64,000 nt of DNA. It comes from a virus. Where the stretch lies: positions 7,803 to 71,802 of the IMG/VR virus record IMGVR_UViG_3300022074_000024; one strand, 5' to 3'. The notes below the pieces were generated by a model. That model ran no database searches, was not told where the DNA came from, and was given only the letters and a program-made list of their open reading frames with translations. The position numbers were made by a program, and so were the translations under genes. Shown piece after piece: positions 60,809 to 64,000 of the stretch; within the stretch, counting starts at the first letter, position 1; every line of letters starts with the position of its first letter.

Positions 60809-60917
60809 GTCTAGTCGAGATGTGTGTTTGATTATATGATTATTATAGTGCAATCTAGTCGAGATGTCAAGCTTTTATGAGAATCTAGTCGAGATTCCCT
60901 GACATTCTAGACGAGAT
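60715..60917. repeat. Cluster of quasi-palindromic TCT(A/C)G(T/A)CGAG(AT) repeats
   Basis: Copies start at 60715, 60745, 60810, 60854, 60884, 60906; degenerate copy near 60638. Confidence 0.85.
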
Positions 60918-61199
60918 AATTATGAGACTCACAATAGTATATAGGTACTCATGCACAAAATTGTGTGGGTTCTGTAACATTCTGCGTTCCTGATACTTGA
61001 CAGAGATAAATCCTTATGCTATGCTCGCAAAGGTCACAAGTCTCAGACACCTTTAATATCTTGTTCAATCTACTCTCAATACACCTAGATTACATACAGA
61101 TTCTACACACACTTACCAAAAGGAATAATTAACAGTTTTATATTTATAATACTATTTAAAACCTTGATTTAATGTAATACTGTATCATATTATACCATA

Positions 61200-61550
61200 T
61201 TATTGTCCCTTATGAGTATTCTGTTTGGGTTCTGAGTAATACATATGCTGATTAGATTCTGGTAGGATTGAGTTGTCTTTCTGTCCTTTCCTTCTCTTTA
61301 CATATCTCAACTCATGCCATTGATTCACATAACACAATAGAAGTATATGAACATACTTATGGGGGTTATTCTTATCATATTGGCACTCTGGTTTCTGTCT
61401 CACTGCTGTCTCAATCGTAAGATACTGAGAGGTAACTGGAAAACCTTTCTTCTCCTCCGAGGGTGTTGAAACAAAATATACCCATCCCTTATCAATCAGT
61501 CCTCCCCTCTCCCAAATTACATAGTCATTTACCTTTGGTTTGTAAGTCAT
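61200..61550 (-). CDS. Conserved hypothetical protein
   Basis: YKPKVNDYVIW...GWVYF...YLTIE motif. Confidence 0.72.
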   Translation of the reverse strand: MTYKPKVNDYVIWERGGLIDKGWVYFVSTPSEEKKGFPVTSQYLTIETAVRQKPECQYDKNNPHKYVHILLLCYVNQWHELRYVKRRKGQKDNSILPESNQHMYYSEPKQNTHKGQ

Positions 61551-61591
61551 TATGGGATGGTGGGTTGCTTAGAATGGTTTATTTAGATAAG

Positions 61592-61777
61592 TTAATTGTC
61601 TCTTACTGCCTTGAGTTCTCGGAAATCAATCCCTTCCAGTTGTGTTAAGTTCTTGAGAACCTGATCGCATTGTTCCTTTGTCAGATTAACTGCGGTTTGA
61701 CTATCGAAATCTGTCCAACCTTCTGTAGTTAATCTCAGTACCTTATAAGTCGGGTTATTTGGTTGCGGTGTTGTCAT
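61592..61777 (-). CDS. Small hypothetical protein
   Basis: T.GW...LTKEQC motif; TTGACA-N17-TATAAT at 61834-61862. Confidence 0.7.
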   Translation of the reverse strand: MTTPQPNNPTYKVLRLTTEGWTDFDSQTAVNLTKEQCDQVLKNLTQLEGIDFRELKAVRDN

Positions 61778-61932
61778 TGTTTCTGTTTCTTATGTGTAAA
61801 AAAATCGTCGCTTTCGCCACTCGTTCTGAGAGTATTATAAGTCATTGAGAGATAAATGTCAATGGGGATTATAATATGTTACTACTACTAATATAATAAA
61901 GAGTATAAGTAAGATCGCATAAAAAGAAATAA

Positions 61933-62172
61933 TCATAGAGGGCAACGAGGATAGTGTACTTGTGATGAGTTCGGACTACATCTAAGTTTGTTTGATATGT
62001 GAGTGATTAGATTAACTGCTGATCTATCATCAATTTGACCCAACTTCAAATCAACTGCTTCTGGTACTAACTCATTGAGTAACTCTATAAATCGTGGGTC
62101 TTCTGTTACATAGTTTGCAACGTCACTCATAAGCGATTCAGTTAAGTTATCAATGGTTTGTCTTGAAAACAT
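61933..62172 (-). CDS. Early hypothetical protein
   Basis: ORF in operon. Confidence 0.65.
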   Translation of the reverse strand: MFSRQTIDNLTESLMSDVANYVTEDPRFIELLNELVPEAVDLKLGQIDDRSAVNLITHISNKLRCSPNSSQVHYPRCPL

Positions 62173-62197
62173 AGTAGAGTTGGGTGGTTATACTTAA

Positions 62198-62395
62198 TTA
62201 TAACAATTTCCATTCGTATTTGTCAACCATACTTCCACAATGTTGACATCCTAACGCACTCCAACTAAAATGATATACTGTGGTTGTCGTATTACATTGT
62301 GGGCAAGTGATTTGTTTACCATTTCGGGATGCTCTGGTATGCTTATTCACTTTTTCTGAAACTAAAGCAAGTTCCATGTCATATACTGATTTCAT
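62198..62395 (-). CDS. Zinc-ribbon small protein
   Basis: CPQC...VYHFSWSALGCQHC. Confidence 0.7.
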   Translation of the reverse strand: MKSVYDMELALVSEKVNKHTRASRNGKQITCPQCNTTTTVYHFSWSALGCQHCGSMVDKYEWKLL

Positions 62396-62493
62396 GTGTT
62401 TAGGGGGGTTAGTATTGTACCTGAGATAAATTTCAGAGGTGTTGTAGGTCAATCTGAGTGGACTTATTTGGTATCATTTGTTACATTGACCTG

Positions 62494-62748
62494 TTATTTG
62501 ATTCTGGTGGACAATCTTTCATCTAATTTGTCTGTAATACCCAATCTTTCCATTTTGTCCTTCATTCTCTCTTCTCTGAAGTCATCTAAGTTATTGATAA
62601 TTAAACTTATCCTTGCATTTGCTTCTTTGAGTTCAGTATTACTGATAAAGAGTGAACTGTTCAATAACTTCATTGTAATAAGTGAAGTTGGAATTGCAAC
62701 AACAACTCCTGTTATAAATGCTGTAATCATTTTTTGCCCTCCTGACAA
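62494..62748 (-). CDS. Small protein with N-terminal hydrophobic helix
   Basis: ORF in operon. Confidence 0.55.
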   Translation of the reverse strand: MSGGQKMITAFITGVVVAIPTSLITMKLLNSSLFISNTELKEANARISLIINNLDDFREERMKDKMERLGITDKLDERLSTRIK

Positions 62749-62909
62749 TTACATACTTGACGTAGTTTTGCTACTTTGTCCATTAGTTTAGTCAATCTGT
62801 CATAAAGTTCGACTTCTGACTCATTTTCAAATCCTGTCTCTAATCGTGTATATTGTAATGCACTATAGATGTCGTGTAATTCTTTTTTGTTAAAATCAAT
62901 TAGTGTCAT
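62727..62909 (-). CDS. Early small protein
   Basis: ORF in operon. Confidence 0.6.
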   Translation of the reverse strand: MTLIDFNKKELHDIYSALQYTRLETGFENESEVELYDRLTKLMDKVAKLRQVCNCQEGKK

Positions 62910-62913
62910 AATC

Positions 62914-63045
62914 TTAGTCCATTAGTTTTTCAAAAAAGGTTTCGATCTCTTTTGGTAGGTCATCCATCATATTAGTATCTCTGAGTAAATCATAGAGTTT
63001 AATCAAATGATACTGTTCATCCCATGTAATTTCGTATTTGTTCAT
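62914..63045 (-). CDS. Early small protein (43 aa)
   Basis: Hand-translated MNKYEITWDEQYHLIKLYDLL...; ATGA overlap. Confidence 0.55.
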   Translation of the reverse strand: MNKYEITWDEQYHLIKLYDLLRDTNMMDDLPKEIETFFEKLMD

Positions 63046-63224
63046 GAATCATACTCCTGTCCATCAAAGTCTCCTTCATACTCATCATCATAAATGCGGA
63101 TTGATAACTCTGCATCTTGATTTAACTTAATCCCTGCTCGATCAAGTGCTTCCCAAATCTTGTTAGAAATGTGATTATGCTCGTCTTCGGGGATATGCTC
63201 AAAAAGGTTTAAGTAGTTTTCCAT
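63042..63224 (-). CDS. Early small acidic protein
   Basis: ORF; promoter module H at 63247-63303. Confidence 0.65.
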   Translation of the reverse strand: MENYLNLFEHIPEDEHNHISNKIWEALDRAGIKLNQDAELSIRIYDDEYEGDFDGQEYDS

Positions 63225-63302
63225 GTCCTTTGTGGTGTATGTTCTTATTATAATGGATATTGAGAGTAAATCTACAATGTGTGTGACACTAATATAAGTG
63301 TC

Positions 63303-63512
63303 CTACCATTCTCCTACTGGTTGTTGACTTTGTGCTTTTTCGACCTTATCATAGTATTTGTCAACTGAACCCTCTAACTTACTGAAAATGGTTTGTACTT
63401 CCTCTGGTATCTCTCCATCAAGTAAGTGACCATACTTTTCCTCTAAGTTGAAAAGGACTACACTTATCTCTCCCTCTGTAAGTGTGACTTTGTGTTCTGT
63501 GTTAAGTGCCAT
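63303..63512 (-). CDS. Early small protein
   Basis: ORF; TAATG coupling. Confidence 0.65.
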   Translation of the reverse strand: MALNTEHKVTLTEGEISVVLFNLEEKYGHLLDGEIPEEVQTIFSKLEGSVDKYYDKVEKAQSQQPVGEW

Positions 63513-63679
63513 TATGCTGCTAACTCCAAAATAGTGTGAACATCAAACAAGTCTTCCCAATCTTCTAAGATTTCTGAATCTTGAAATTGAACTGACCTAT
63601 CAACAATATCCTCTACTCTCTCATCAACAAAATGAAAGAGTGTGTCGAACTGGTCATCTGTGAGTTTAATAGTTTTCAT
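63512..63679 (-). CDS. Early small protein (55 aa)
   Basis: Hand-translated MKTIKLTDDQFDTLFHFVDERV...; TAATG coupling at both ends. Confidence 0.6.
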   Translation of the reverse strand: MKTIKLTDDQFDTLFHFVDERVEDIVDRSVQFQDSEILEDWEDLFDVHTILELAA

Positions 63680-63852
63680 TAGTCAATACCTAATAGTTTG
63701 TCTTGAACTGACTCTACAAGTGGGTGTAGTTGGTCAATATGCTCATCATAGACTTCAAGATGCTTTAGTAACTCTGTTCTCTCATCAAATGTAAGAGTCA
63801 AAGTTACTGTCTTTGTGTCTGTGTCCTCTGTTAAAAATTTGGATAGTCTCAT
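63679..63852 (-). CDS. Early small protein (57 aa)
   Basis: Hand-translated MRLSKFLTEDTDTKTVTLTLTFDERTELLKHL...; TAATG coupling. Confidence 0.6.
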   Translation of the reverse strand: MRLSKFLTEDTDTKTVTLTLTFDERTELLKHLEVYDEHIDQLHPLVESVQDKLLGID

Positions 63853-64000
63853 TATTCCCCCACAAATTTGTAATTGTACTCTTCAAGTAGAATGTCTCTG
63901 ACTCTCTCACGATCAAGTGAGTCTCCATCCCCCCATGTGCAAAACTTGTTTGACTCATCACTACATCTTGATAGGTAGTTTTCTGTTGCACCTAAGATGT
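63852..64000 (-). CDS. 3' end of an early hypothetical gene (GDS.DRE.VRD motif)
   Basis: ...WGDGDSLDRERVRDILLEEYNYKFVGE stop; coupled to the next ATG; 5' end lies outside the window. Confidence 0.6.
   Translation of the reverse strand, partial: ILGATENYLSRCSDESNKFCTWGDGDSLDRERVRDILLEEYNYKFVGE

Noticed and set aside
57772-60917. Repeats as a CRISPR or mini-CRISPR array
   Set aside because: Repeats are short or degenerate, irregularly spaced, separated by whole ORFs or promoter parts; no cas genes
60400-61200. tRNA genes in the non-coding stretch
   Set aside because: No cloverleaf or GTTCRA T-loop with an acceptor stem seen by eye; tRNAscan-SE or ARAGORN would confirm
63785-63991. 68-aa ORF from the track
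   Set aside because: Wrong frame; two TAATG-coupled ORFs (63679-63852 and 63852-64000) explain the region better

Overview
This 64-kb window comes from an AT-rich T4-like marine cyanomyophage (Kyanoviridae-type; a Prochlorococcus/Synechococcus host is inferred from gene content). Essentially all real genes are on the minus strand. Read in transcription direction (64000 to 1) it contains: (i) an early region of tiny ORFs driven by a repeated promoter module (22-bp palindrome exactly 30 nt upstream of a -10 box), with a promoter- and repeat-dense, nearly non-coding locus at 60.3-61.2 kb; (ii) a glycosyltransferase-like gene and small conserved ORFs; (iii) the virion module gp25-gp6-gp7-gp8-VrlC-like-gp13-gp14-gp15-gp16-gp17-gp18-gp19-gp20-gp21-gp22-gp23, then gp3; (iv) uvsY, peptide deformylase, uvsW, gp55, gp47, gp46 and a truncated peptidase/VWA (CobT-like) gene. 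The main oddities are a small gene carrying an 84%-identical DNA copy of the predicted mature N-terminus of gp23, a self-contained 465-aa orphan cassette after gp23, candidate gp21-cleaved head polyproteins, back-to-back sense/antisense sigma70 promoters, and a candidate origin or regulatory switch. No tRNA, CRISPR array, intein or integrase was recognised. Products are assigned from motifs and synteny only; no database search was run.
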